A DNA stretch of 60,945 bases from the IMG/VR virus record IMGVR_UViG_3300045988_098825, positions 1 to 60,945 of that record. The stretch is one strand, 5' to 3'. The notes under the pieces were generated by a model. The model saw nothing but the letters and a program-made list of their open reading frames with translations, was not told the DNA's origin and ran no database searches. Made by a program: the position numbers and the translations under genes. Source of the stretch: a virus. Position 1 is the first letter of the stretch, and each line of letters opens with the position of its first letter. Shown piece by piece: positions 43,976-52,707 of this stretch.

Positions 43976-44203
43976 TTACATAATTATTTTAGAATATATC
44001 ACATCGACACTGTTAAAGTCTCCAACTATTTGTATTTTAAACGACGTTGCTTTTATTAAAAATATAGAATGTAACACATTGAATCTTCCAAAGAACCTAT
44101 ATAAAACCTCACCACCAATTACAGTTTCAAACCTTCCACCAGTTAAGATTACTATATATTTTTCACCATTTTCAGCATTAAAATATGGTGTTGAGCTGTT
44201 CAT
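43976..44203 (-). CDS. possible small minus-strand gene (75 aa)
   Basis: Occupies an otherwise non-coding gap; weak RBS. Confidence 0.3.
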   Translation of the reverse strand: MNSSTPYFNAENGEKYIVILTGGRFETVIGGEVLYRFFGRFNVLHSIFLIKATSFKIQIVGDFNSVDVIYSKIIM

Positions 44204-44271
44204 AATAAAATTAAGTGATAATTCCTTACCTAAATTACTATTTAATTTATAAAAGAAAGGAGGTATCGCCC

Positions 44272-44988
44272 ATGGCATACCTAAAATTCTTAGATTCCCA
44301 AAAAATAATCCAGTGTACCGTAGTTCCAGAATCAGAACACGTAGTAACACTGAAATTCCATGATGCAGTTACCGTAGATAAAAGCGGTTTTGATTTGTTT
44401 CTTGACGAAAAAGGAGAACTGGACATTGGCGGTGATTCTTACCACAGCTATAATACTGTATACAGGAATGACGATACAACAGCAGAATATAACGGATATC
44501 AGCTTTCTAATGACGGTTTTGTTTATGAGGAACAGCCACAGCCAACACCTGTTGAACCGACACTTGATGAATTGAAAGAGCAGAAGATTGCAGAAATGAA
44601 CGCTGCACAACAGGAATCAATACAGAATGGCGTAGATGTTACATTATCAGATGGAACAATCGAACATTTTACGTTGACAGATCACGACCAGACAAGCCTT
44701 ATGGGTTTGCAGACTAAGGTTGCCCAGGGAGAAAAACAAATTCCGTGGCATACTTCAGATGTGAATGAACCATGTAAGTATTATTCAAATACTGATATGG
44801 CATTGATTACGGAAACAGCTATGCAGGCGGTGACATTTGCAGTTACGTATTTTAGGGATTTGCGTATCTATATCAATGCAATGGAAGATTCAACATCTGT
44901 ACAGAACGTTACCTATGGCATGACAATTCCTAAAGAATACCGTTCAGAAGTGCTTGCGGATATCTACGCAAGCAAAGGTATTGCGTAA
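44272..44988 (+). CDS. DUF4376-like tail-fibre-associated protein
   Basis: AAGGAGG RBS before ATG 44272; ..LTDHDQTSLMGLQTKV..IPWHTSD.. pattern. Confidence 0.45.
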   Translation: MAYLKFLDSQKIIQCTVVPESEHVVTLKFHDAVTVDKSGFDLFLDEKGELDIGGDSYHSYNTVYRNDDTTAEYNGYQLSNDGFVYEEQPQPTPVEPTLDELKEQKIAEMNAAQQESIQNGVDVTLSDGTIEHFTLTDHDQTSLMGLQTKVAQGEKQIPWHTSDVNEPCKYYSNTDMALITETAMQAVTFAVTYFRDLRIYINAMEDSTSVQNVTYGMTIPKEYRSEVLADIYASKGIA

Positions 44989-45397
44989 GGTTATTAAGCC
45001 ACTTATCCTGTTTGCGATAGGTGGCTTTCTCTACGTAACGATTGAACTGCTGTACCGTGGTCGTAGCCATTGGACAATGTTCCTGTTAGGCGGTCTATGC
45101 TTCCTGTATGCAGGATATCAAAACGAGCATACAGACTGGGATTATCCGCTTATTCTGCAATCAATAAAGGTTGCGACAGTAATTACCCTGTTAGAGTTCC
45201 TATGCGGTCTTATCGTAAATATATGGTTAGGGTGGAATGTATGGGATTACAGCAATATGACACTTAACCTGTTAGGGCAGATATGCCTACCATTCAGCCT
45301 TTTGTGGATAGCCGTAGGAACAATTGCGATTATCCTGGACGATTATTTGCGGTACTGGATATTCGGGGAAGAAAAGCCACGATATCGACTTTTTTAG
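44954..45397 (+). CDS. multi-pass membrane protein (lysis-associated candidate)
   Basis: Four TM-like stretches; ..ELLYRGRSHWTMFLLGG..; start uncertain. Confidence 0.5.
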   Translation: MRISTQAKVLRKVIKPLILFAIGGFLYVTIELLYRGRSHWTMFLLGGLCFLYAGYQNEHTDWDYPLILQSIKVATVITLLEFLCGLIVNIWLGWNVWDYSNMTLNLLGQICLPFSLLWIAVGTIAIILDDYLRYWIFGEEKPRYRLF

Positions 45398-45499
45398 AGC
45401 GTGTTGTCAAAATTTGTCGAACGTATTTTCTTGAATCCTTGCATTTATAGACGTACAATAAACTTGTCCACAGTGATGTGGTGCTTCAAGTTCTGGTCG

Positions 45500-45531
45500 G
45501 GGCGGTATGTTAGTGGCATTTCATGCCGCCC
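45500..45531. other. strong 10-bp GC-rich hairpin with no T-run
   Basis: GGGCGGTATG - 12 nt - CATGCCGCCC. Confidence 0.6.
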
Positions 45532-45570
45532 GAATTACCAAACATTGCAAACAGACGTTTGATTTATTTG

Positions 45571-45599
45571 TTGACATATGCAAACATACATTCTATAAT
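45571..45599 (+). promoter_or_regulatory. perfect-consensus sigma-70 promoter
   Basis: TTGACA, 17 nt, TATAAT. Confidence 0.7.
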
Positions 45600-45629
45600 T
45601 AGTACAAACATTATAGAGAGGATGATTGC

Positions 45630-45815
45630 ATGAGTGGGTTACATGGTTGCAGAGAGGGCAAGGATATGGCAGGGGATAATGGCAATGATGCAGAATTTTA
45701 CAAGAGAGAAATAACCGATATTGTAAATCGGATTAATGACACGGATGTACTTAATTATATTCATATTATTGTATCTGACGTTGGAAAAGAGGTAGGGGTA
45801 AATGAGCAAAATTGA
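45630..45815 (+). CDS. hypothetical small protein
   Basis: GAGAGG RBS, downstream of the consensus promoter. Confidence 0.45.
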   Translation: MSGLHGCREGKDMAGDNGNDAEFYKREITDIVNRINDTDVLNYIHIIVSDVGKEVGVNEQN

Positions 45816-46074
45816 TACAAGCATTGATGGATTTGAATATGTCGGTATTCATTTGACAGAAGAGCAATTTTCCGATTTGCAGACTTTAAACATTTTAATG
45901 CAAGAAAAAGACAGGAGAGATATTCCTGTCTTTAACATGATGGTTTTATTAAAAACTCTTGGCTTATTGCCCGAGAATATGGGCAGTAATAATTCCACCG
46001 ATAATAACACCGATAACACCAATAATTCCAATGATAATTTGTTGGAACGTAAATTTGGTAGAATCTTGGAATAA
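45802..46074 (+). CDS. hypothetical protein with N/T/D-rich tail
   Basis: The last 111 nt overlap the convergent gene 45964-46323; the tail may be fortuitous. Confidence 0.4.
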   Translation: MSKIDTSIDGFEYVGIHLTEEQFSDLQTLNILMQEKDRRDIPVFNMMVLLKTLGLLPENMGSNNSTDNNTDNTNNSNDNLLERKFGRILE

Positions 46075-46323
46075 TTTTATTATCTTTTCTAAAGGAGAAT
46101 TGCGCTTTATGGCTTCTACGCCATAGGGCGTTATTCTTATACCCTCTAAATCATATCTTACAACATATTTTTTCTCTTCTAATTCATTAATCAATGGCAT
46201 AATTTCTATGCCAGTCACATCTAACTTATCAAATAAATCAGAGTACTTAGTTTCACCGTTTTGGTCTTTAAATTTATTTATAGCTTTTAACAGTTTATAT
46301 TCATCAATCATTTTCCATACCAT
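45964..46323 (-). CDS. winged-helix-like protein with C-terminal TM anchor, co-transcribed with the repressor
   Basis: ..IIIGIIGVIGVIIGGIITAHILGQ tail; overlaps the repressor stop by 20 nt. Confidence 0.55.
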   Translation of the reverse strand: MVWKMIDEYKLLKAINKFKDQNGETKYSDLFDKLDVTGIEIMPLINELEEKKYVVRYDLEGIRITPYGVEAIKRNSPLEKIIKLFQDSTKFTFQQIIIGIIGVIGVIIGGIITAHILGQ

Positions 46324-46657
46324 CCATTATCATATTAACAGCAGACAATATCTTTTCTCTTTTCTCTTTGGATAATTTAAAATATTTTAGCAAAAAATTA
46401 TTCATATTCTTATCTGCTCTTATCATTGAAACAAGTTTTGCATTTTCTGGTGAAAAACTTGGATTTTCCTCACCCGTTCTAAGATAATCAGTAGAGACAT
46501 TCAAATATTCAGCAATAATTCCTAACCTATCATCTCTAATAACACCTTTTTTTAATCCGCTTATATAAGCGTTTCCAAATCCGCAATCTGATTCCAATTT
46601 TGCTAAAGCAATACCTCTTTCTTTACATATAGTTTTTACTCTTTCAACAGTGTTCAT
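46304..46657 (-). CDS. CI-like XRE-family repressor with no peptidase domain
   Basis: HTH ..IALAKLESDCGFGNAYISGLKKG..; GGAG RBS; divergent from the Cro-like gene. Confidence 0.8.
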   Translation of the reverse strand: MNTVERVKTICKERGIALAKLESDCGFGNAYISGLKKGVIRDDRLGIIAEYLNVSTDYLRTGEENPSFSPENAKLVSMIRADKNMNNFLLKYFKLSKEKREKILSAVNMIMDGMEND

Positions 46658-46675
46658 ATTATAATCTCCATATTC

Positions 46676-46693
46676 TTAGACAAAAGCCTAAAT
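46676..46693. promoter_or_regulatory. operator-like 18-mer, copy 1
   Basis: TTAGACAAAAGCCTAAAT; 17/18 identical to 46740-46757. Confidence 0.55.
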
Positions 46694-46699
46694 TTTATG

Positions 46700-46728
46700 T
46701 TGACAAATTAGAGAACACTCTATATAAT
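46700..46728 (+). promoter_or_regulatory. rightward (lytic) promoter
   Basis: TTGACA, 17 nt (contains TTAGAGAA), TATAAT. Confidence 0.65.
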
Positions 46729-46739
46729 GAAATTAGGAT

Positions 46740-46757
46740 TTAGAGAAAAGCCTAAAT
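46740..46757. promoter_or_regulatory. operator-like 18-mer, copy 2
   Basis: TTAGAGAAAAGCCTAAAT. Confidence 0.55.
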
Positions 46758-46795
46758 CATTTAAGAGAGTTCCCTATAAGTATTCAGCAAATCTT

Positions 46796-46824
46796 ATTTT
46801 AGAATATTCTCTAAACAATGTCAA
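46796..46824 (-). promoter_or_regulatory. leftward (repressor) promoter facing the rightward one
   Basis: Minus strand: TTGACA, 17 nt (contains TTAGAGAA), TAAAAT. Confidence 0.55.
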
Positions 46825-46869
46825 TGTTTTTCTCTAATTTCCTTAATAAAAAGGAAAGGAGCATATCTA

Positions 46870-47058
46870 GTGATTTACCAAAAAGTAATTGAATATTGCC
46901 AAAAGAACAATCTTTCTGTTAATGCTTTTGAGAAGATGTGCGGTATTGGCAATGGTACAGTAGGGCGTTGGAAAGACAATAGTTCTACTCCTACACTTTC
47001 TACTGTAAAAAAGATAGCAGATTCAACAAAAACTTCTATTAAGAAGTGGATTGAATAG
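46870..47058 (+). CDS. Cro-like XRE HTH protein
   Basis: GTG start after AAGGAG; ..LSVNAFEKMCGIGNGTVGRWKDN.. Confidence 0.7.
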   Translation: MIYQKVIEYCQKNNLSVNAFEKMCGIGNGTVGRWKDNSSTPTLSTVKKIADSTKTSIKKWIE

Positions 47059-47071
47059 GAAAGGAGAAGAA

Positions 47072-47896
47072 TTGAACGAATTAATTCACATTGGAAATGC
47101 TGATATTTCCATAAAAGAATATAAGGGTCAGAGAGTAGTTACATTTAAGGACATTGATGCGGTACATGGTAGACCGGACGGAACAGCGAGAAAGAGATTT
47201 TCAGATAACAGAAATCACTTTGTAGAAAATGAAGATTATTTCATTGTAAAGCCACAAGACCTTGAAAACATTAGGATGTCCGAAAAACGGACATCTGGAA
47301 TCGAAGAGGTAAATAACCGAGGAACAGCACTTATTACGGAACAGGGATATCTCATGTTGGTAAAGTCCTTTACGGATGATTTAGCATGGGAAGTACAGCG
47401 GCAACTGGTAAACTCTTACTTCAAAGTAAGAAATACAGTAAATACTGAATTGTCGCCAGAGTTACAGATGCTACAAGGACTGTTAGATCAAATGGTTCAG
47501 AAAGAACTTGCTGACAAGGAACGTGATAAACAAATTGCTATCGCACAGGAAACAGCACAGAAAGCAATAGAAACAACTAACAGTATCAAAGAAGCTGTAA
47601 AACCTGTTCTCGATAATTGGCGTGATGAAATCAATGTTAAATTTAATCGTATTCAGAAAAGTGCATCTACACCATTTAATCTTTTACGTACAGAAATGTA
47701 TTGTGAATTGGAACGTAGAGCAGGATGCGATTTGTCTACCAGATTAAGAAACCGTAAACAGCGAATGACCGATAATGGATGCACGAAAACAGAAATTAAT
47801 AAGTTGAATCGCATGGATGTAATTGAGGAAGATAAGAAATTGCGTGAGATATTTACAAAAATAGTTTCAGAGTATGAAATTGAGTACTGCGCTTAG
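47072..47896 (+). CDS. antirepressor (ORF6N-like N-terminus, shared C-terminal domain ending ..YCA)
   Basis: KEYKGQRVVTFKDIDAVHGRPDGTARKRFSDNRNHF..; the C-terminus is homologous to 8698-9492; TTG 47072 follows AAGGAG (alternative start 47051). Confidence 0.65.
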   Translation: MNELIHIGNADISIKEYKGQRVVTFKDIDAVHGRPDGTARKRFSDNRNHFVENEDYFIVKPQDLENIRMSEKRTSGIEEVNNRGTALITEQGYLMLVKSFTDDLAWEVQRQLVNSYFKVRNTVNTELSPELQMLQGLLDQMVQKELADKERDKQIAIAQETAQKAIETTNSIKEAVKPVLDNWRDEINVKFNRIQKSASTPFNLLRTEMYCELERRAGCDLSTRLRNRKQRMTDNGCTKTEINKLNRMDVIEEDKKLREIFTKIVSEYEIEYCA

Positions 47897-47902
47897 AGAG
47901 AG

Positions 47903-48184
47903 GTGAAAGATTTGACAATATACGAACTTATGAAGAAATTAATGCAATATCCGGCAGATGCCAAAGCTGATTACAAAATAATAATAGGAACTGATAATGG
48001 CTGTGACACACTTTTGTATGAAGAGAAAATAGGCAAAAAGGAAATGCGTATTTTAAAAATCATGGAATCAGAACATGTTGACCGTGATGTGGCAGAACAA
48101 ATTTTCATTGATGAAATAACAGAGAAGTATGGAACGGACGATATTGGAGAAGCAGAAATTTTATTCGAAACAGATCAAGAATAG
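47903..48184 (+). CDS. hypothetical protein
   Basis: GTG start; N-terminus ..YELMKKLMQYPADA.. is paralogous to the next gene. Confidence 0.5.
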   Translation: MKDLTIYELMKKLMQYPADAKADYKIIIGTDNGCDTLLYEEKIGKKEMRILKIMESEHVDRDVAEQIFIDEITEKYGTDDIGEAEILFETDQE

Positions 48185-48195
48185 GGGGATGAAGC

Positions 48196-48411
48196 ATGAA
48201 AGTTTACGACTTAATCAAACAGCTTACTCGATTCCCTGCTGATGCGGAAGTGAGATTTGATGCAAGAATTGAGACAGACGTAAAGGTAAAAGAAATTGTT
48301 GAGACAAAAGACAAGGAAAATATCTATGCCGAGGTTGAAGTCGAAGAAGAAGTTCCTATTACCGACATTGACTGGCTGAATAAAGATGTACTGATAAAAC
48401 TGGAAAAGTGA
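48196..48411 (+). CDS. hypothetical protein (paralogue of 47903)
   Basis: MKVYDLIKQLTRFPADAEV.. Confidence 0.5.
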   Translation: MKVYDLIKQLTRFPADAEVRFDARIETDVKVKEIVETKDKENIYAEVEVEEEVPITDIDWLNKDVLIKLEK

Positions 48412-48421
48412 GGTTTGAGAA

Positions 48422-48823
48422 ATGAAGAATAGAGAGAAGTTCGCAGAACAGATTATTGATATTGCCATTCAAAGAAATAAAATCGCTGTAAATTTAACAT
48501 CAAGAGAGCCGTGCGCTTGTGGAAAAATAATATGTTCAAAATGCCTTTTCGGTGAAAGCAATAGGGATTGTGACGTTTTGCTAAAAGAATGGGCAGAAAA
48601 GGAATATGAAGAGCCGCCTGTTGATTGGAGCAAAGTACCTGTTGATACACCGATTTTGGTAAGAGATCATGAAGCAATGGAATGGATTAAAAGATACTTT
48701 GCAAAATACGAAAACGGGAAAATATATGCATGGGGTGATGGAACAACATCATGGAGCCATGATGGCAGAGCAACGTGTGATTGGGAATTTGCTAAGTTAG
48801 CAGAAGGGGCAGAATATGATTAA
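48422..48823 (+). CDS. hypothetical protein
   Basis: Co-oriented tiling ORF. Confidence 0.55.
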   Translation: MKNREKFAEQIIDIAIQRNKIAVNLTSREPCACGKIICSKCLFGESNRDCDVLLKEWAEKEYEEPPVDWSKVPVDTPILVRDHEAMEWIKRYFAKYENGKIYAWGDGTTSWSHDGRATCDWEFAKLAEGAEYD

Positions 48824-49064
48824 GACAGCAGATTCAAGAGTGGAGTTTATCGGAGAAGATACAGAAATGTGCCTTGACCTTGCGAATATCATCAGAGCAC
48901 TACGGTTCAGATTTGGCAAACACTTTGATGAAGAAACAGCAGAAATGTTGATTGCACAGGCTGTAGAAGATTCCAAAAGAACAGAATCAGAGGTCATAGA
49001 GGACATGAAGCAGTTTCAAAAATCGGCTTCAAAGGGATTTACAAAAGCAATGCTTTTTAAATAG
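48816..49064 (+). CDS. hypothetical protein
   Basis: Overlaps the upstream stop; co-oriented. Confidence 0.5.
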   Translation: MIKTADSRVEFIGEDTEMCLDLANIIRALRFRFGKHFDEETAEMLIAQAVEDSKRTESEVIEDMKQFQKSASKGFTKAMLFK

Positions 49065-49082
49065 GAAGAAAGGGAAACATAT

Positions 49083-49190
49083 ATGGGAAATTTAACGATT
49101 GAAGAAGTAGAAAAAATGTGTGATGACTTAGGAATTGGAGTTTTGATTAATGACGGTCATGTAGTCGGATTTGAAGTGGAAGAGGAATAG
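49083..49190 (+). CDS. small acidic protein (35 aa)
   Basis: Fills the gap; MGNLTIEEVEKMCDDLGIGVLINDGHVVGFEVEEE. Confidence 0.3.
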   Translation: MGNLTIEEVEKMCDDLGIGVLINDGHVVGFEVEEE

Positions 49191-49192
49191 TC

Positions 49193-49543
49193 ATGGACAA
49201 CAGGCTTAGGAAAATTGAGAATGCCTTGATTGGAATGGGAATAAAACCGAATACAAATGGTTTTTACTGGGCGGTTGAACTTACAGTTGGGAAAATAATG
49301 ACACCAATGAAATCCTTGCAAGAACTGTATACCGAAATCGCAGTTGGAAGCAGAACGAGTAAAGGGGCAGTTGAACATGCAGTAAGAAGTGCTGTTGAGA
49401 ATGCTGATACGCATAGCGAAGCATACAAGAAATATATCGGTACTGAATTTACAACCGTAAAAGGATTTTACCCGATTCTGGCATTCAACATCAGAAGGGA
49501 GTTGGAAGATGAACAGGATAACGCTATGCGGCAGGATGAATGA
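49193..49543 (+). CDS. Spo0A C-terminal (DNA-binding) domain-like protein
   Basis: ..GMGIKPNTNGFYWAVELTV....LQELYTEIAVGSRTSKGAVEHAVRSAVENA.. parallels Spo0A ..GVPAHIKGYLYLREAI....[28 protein letters not shown].. Confidence 0.6.
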   Translation: MDNRLRKIENALIGMGIKPNTNGFYWAVELTVGKIMTPMKSLQELYTEIAVGSRTSKGAVEHAVRSAVENADTHSEAYKKYIGTEFTTVKGFYPILAFNIRRELEDEQDNAMRQDE

Positions 49544-50090
49544 AAAACTTAAATACAGCCACACTGTAGGCAAAATCCGATTCTACAGCTTTCAGATGAT
49601 TGTAAGACGATTAAGTGGATATGAGGACGTTATTCCATGCATCGCAGAACAGGGGATTTCCAATCAGATTCAAAACGGAATAGTACATAAAATAACAGGT
49701 GCTATCCATAGTAGACAGGTGTTTGACGGGAAACGGACACACTTAGAGTTATTTGTCCATGTAGAATCTATATCAATGGTATTTGAAGCAGATGGAAACC
49801 ATGCAGAAATAACAGGTGTTATTGCTAAAAAACCAGTGTTCAGACAGACCCAAAGTGGAAGATACATAGCAGAGTTGCTAGTTGTATCTTCAAGGAAGAA
49901 TGGAAAAACGGATTGCATACCGTGTATTGTGTGGTCAGTTAATGCTTTATTTGCAAAGAATTTAGCAACAGGGCAGACAGTTACTATAAAAGGAAGATTC
50001 CAGTCAAGGCAGTATGAGAAAGACGGACGAACTAAGACAGTTTACGAATTGTCTGGAAATGAATTGAAGTTAGGAAATATAAGTAACTAA
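49509..50090 (+). CDS. tandem OB-fold SSB-like protein
   Basis: Two SSB-like units (NRITLCGRM.. and AEITGVIAKKPVFRQTQSGRYIAEL..); no acidic tail. Confidence 0.5.
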   Translation: MNRITLCGRMNEKLKYSHTVGKIRFYSFQMIVRRLSGYEDVIPCIAEQGISNQIQNGIVHKITGAIHSRQVFDGKRTHLELFVHVESISMVFEADGNHAEITGVIAKKPVFRQTQSGRYIAELLVVSSRKNGKTDCIPCIVWSVNALFAKNLATGQTVTIKGRFQSRQYEKDGRTKTVYELSGNELKLGNISN

Positions 50091-50528
50091 AAACAGAATT
50101 AAATGTGAGTCAATGTACTCAAAGATACTCAAAATCCAGAGTATTAGTCGGTAACTTAAAACCACTGAAATCATAGGAAAGATAAGCCAGTACAAGTTGA
50201 AATAGTCTTGTTAACTATAGGGTAGAACCTTGATGGTAAAGATTGAGTAATGGTAGAAGTCTACGAAAACCAAGTAGCAAAAAAAATATTAAGAAAGGAA
50301 AAGCTATTTAGATGAAAACCTGTATTTAATCAATAAAAAAGAATTTATAGGTATGTACCGATGGCTTAGTCGGGAATTTACGACTGTGGAGTGTACAAGA
50401 ACTTGTGAGTAGTGTGTCACTTGCGACCACCAAAGCATACACGATGAAGCAGTAACTACAAATTGTGAGATTGTAGCGAATCATCTAGCATATACATTTG
50501 TATATGTTTTTAGTAGCAGAGTGAGAAC

Positions 50529-50771
50529 GTGGAAGATTTGATTAAAAGTAAATCCTGCGATACAGTCACTATTTCGCAGGAACGGTATGAGCAGTTAGTC
50601 GCTTTAGAGAGCAGAATTGATGCGGCGGTTGACTATATAGTTAATACGGACTTTTGTAGTATAAAGACCGCATTAAGAATCATGGGATTTTATAAAGAAG
50701 CAAACAAGCAGGAAGAGAAAGAAAAGAAACTGTATGATTCATCAGAAAGAAAGGAGTTTGACTATGTGTAA
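50529..50771 (+). CDS. hypothetical protein
   Basis: GTG start; precedes and overlaps the ATPase gene. Confidence 0.4.
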   Translation: MEDLIKSKSCDTVTISQERYEQLVALESRIDAAVDYIVNTDFCSIKTALRIMGFYKEANKQEEKEKKLYDSSERKEFDYV

Positions 50772-52707
50772 GGTAATCAGATTAAAGAAGTTGATTCTTG
50801 AAAATTTCATGATGTATGCACATGCAGAATTTGATTTCTCGGAACTGACGAAGATTATGGGGAAGAATGGCAAGGGCAAGTCCAGTATCGTGAATGCCTA
50901 CACATGGCTACTTTTCAACTGCGACTATGAATTAAATGATAATCCAGTGGTTAGAAGAACAGTTGACGGAAAGAGCGTAGACGATATGGACACAGCAGTC
51001 ACAGCAGTACTGGATATTGACGGTAAGGAAGTTACGGCTAAGAAAGTGCAAAAGCGTACATATGGTGAAGCAGTAAAAGATGGCATCGTTGTTGAAACCG
51101 TAAGCGATACTAATTCATACTACATTAACAGCGTTCCAAAAACATTAAAGGCGTTTAATGAGTACTTTGATGTAAACATGAAGCTGTTTAAAATGTGTAG
51201 CAATATCAATGCTTTTATTAACCAGAAACCTACGGAAATGAGAGAATTTTTGTTCCAATTTGTCAGTAAAATATCAGACATTGATTTTGCAAGTAGTAAT
51301 TCTCAATTACATGAACTTGTTCCTTTGCTTGAAAAATACAAAGCAGATGAAATTCGGGCTATGAATCAGAAAGTAAAAAGTGATTACAACACAAATTCTA
51401 AAATTTTGGACGGTCAAATCAAGGAAAAGGAAAGAGATATTCAGATTAAATCTGACATTGACACAGCAGAAATTGTCTTACAAAAAAATGCATTACAGGA
51501 ACAGCTTGAACAGAACCTTTACAAGCAGAATGGGAATGAAAACTTATTGGCAGAGTATGATAAGGCTACACAGGATATCATGCAGTTGCAAATGAAGCTG
51601 TCTGAAATGCAGAATACGGCTAACAGTGAGTTGGAATCTCAAAGGGCAGAACTTAGGGCAACCATGATGAACAAGAGCGTTGAAATCAACAGTCTAAAAT
51701 ACAGTATTAGGCTTGCAGAGAATGAAATTTCCAACAGCAATAAGAAGATTACAGAATTGACAGAGGAAAAGACAAGACTGCGGAATGCATGGAAAACGGT
51801 CAATGCAGAGAAATTTGACTCCAATACAGCTATTTGTCCGACTTGTCACAGAGAGTTGCCAGAAGAAGATGTTAAGAATCTCATGGAAACCTTTGAAAAG
51901 TCAAAAACTGATAGAATCGGTAAAATTGAGACGGACGGATTTAAGGTTAAAGGAGAGATTGAAAAAGAACAGCAGTTATTAAAAGATAAAGAACAGTTGT
52001 TATCTGATTTAAACAAAAATCTGAACACTGTAAATAAAGAATACGCAGAAATGACCACAAGGTTAGAGTTTATCCCACAGTATGTTGATATCCACGACAT
52101 GGAAGATTATAAGTCTGTACAGGCTGAAATCGCCTATAAGGAAGAATTATTGAAGCAGTCAACGTCACTGTCAGATATCAAGAAATCTTTGAAGATGGAA
52201 GAATCTGAAATCAGATCGCATTTAGCAGAGGTTGAAAAGAAAATAGCTTCTACAAATACGGAATCTGATGAAGCAAGACTGGAAGAACTTAGAAATCAGA
52301 AAACAGACTTGGAACAGGCGAAAACGGATGCAGAGAAAATACTTGCACTGTTAGACCAGTTAGACAGAGCAAAGAATGAAGCCTTGACAGATTCGGTCAA
52401 TAGCCACTTCTCATTAGTTAAATGGCAGTTGTTTGACACGGCTAAGAACGGTAATTATAAATCCGTTTGCATACCTACTGTAGAGGGTAAATCTATTCTT
52501 ACCACCATGAGCAACAAGGGTAACAGGATTTTAGGAAGAGTGGATATCTGCAATTCAATTCAGAAAATGTGTGGAATCAGCACGCCAGTATTCCTTGATG
52601 ATTCGGAGTCGCTCGACAATGATAACCAGGCAAAGGTTGCTGAAATGGTTGACTCACAACTGATTATGCTGATTGTGAATGAAAATGAGAGGTTAGAGGT
52701 GGTTTAA
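50764..52707 (+). CDS. Rad50/SbcC-like AAA ATPase
   Basis: Walker A GKNGKGKSS, long coiled coil with CPTC zinc-hook-like motif, C-terminal ..VFLDDSESLD; AGGAG RBS before ATG 50764. Confidence 0.75.
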   Translation: MCKVIRLKKLILENFMMYAHAEFDFSELTKIMGKNGKGKSSIVNAYTWLLFNCDYELNDNPVVRRTVDGKSVDDMDTAVTAVLDIDGKEVTAKKVQKRTYGEAVKDGIVVETVSDTNSYYINSVPKTLKAFNEYFDVNMKLFKMCSNINAFINQKPTEMREFLFQFVSKISDIDFASSNSQLHELVPLLEKYKADEIRAMNQKVKSDYNTNSKILDGQIKEKERDIQIKSDIDTAEIVLQKNALQEQLEQNLYKQNGNENLLAEYDKATQDIMQLQMKLSEMQNTANSELESQRAELRATMMNKSVEINSLKYSIRLAENEISNSNKKITELTEEKTRLRNAWKTVNAEKFDSNTAICPTCHRELPEEDVKNLMETFEKSKTDRIGKIETDGFKVKGEIEKEQQLLKDKEQLLSDLNKNLNTVNKEYAEMTTRLEFIPQYVDIHDMEDYKSVQAEIAYKEELLKQSTSLSDIKKSLKMEESEIRSHLAEVEKKIASTNTESDEARLEELRNQKTDLEQAKTDAEKILALLDQLDRAKNEALTDSVNSHFSLVKWQLFDTAKNGNYKSVCIPTVEGKSILTTMSNKGNRILGRVDICNSIQKMCGISTPVFLDDSESLDNDNQAKVAEMVDSQLIMLIVNENERLEVV

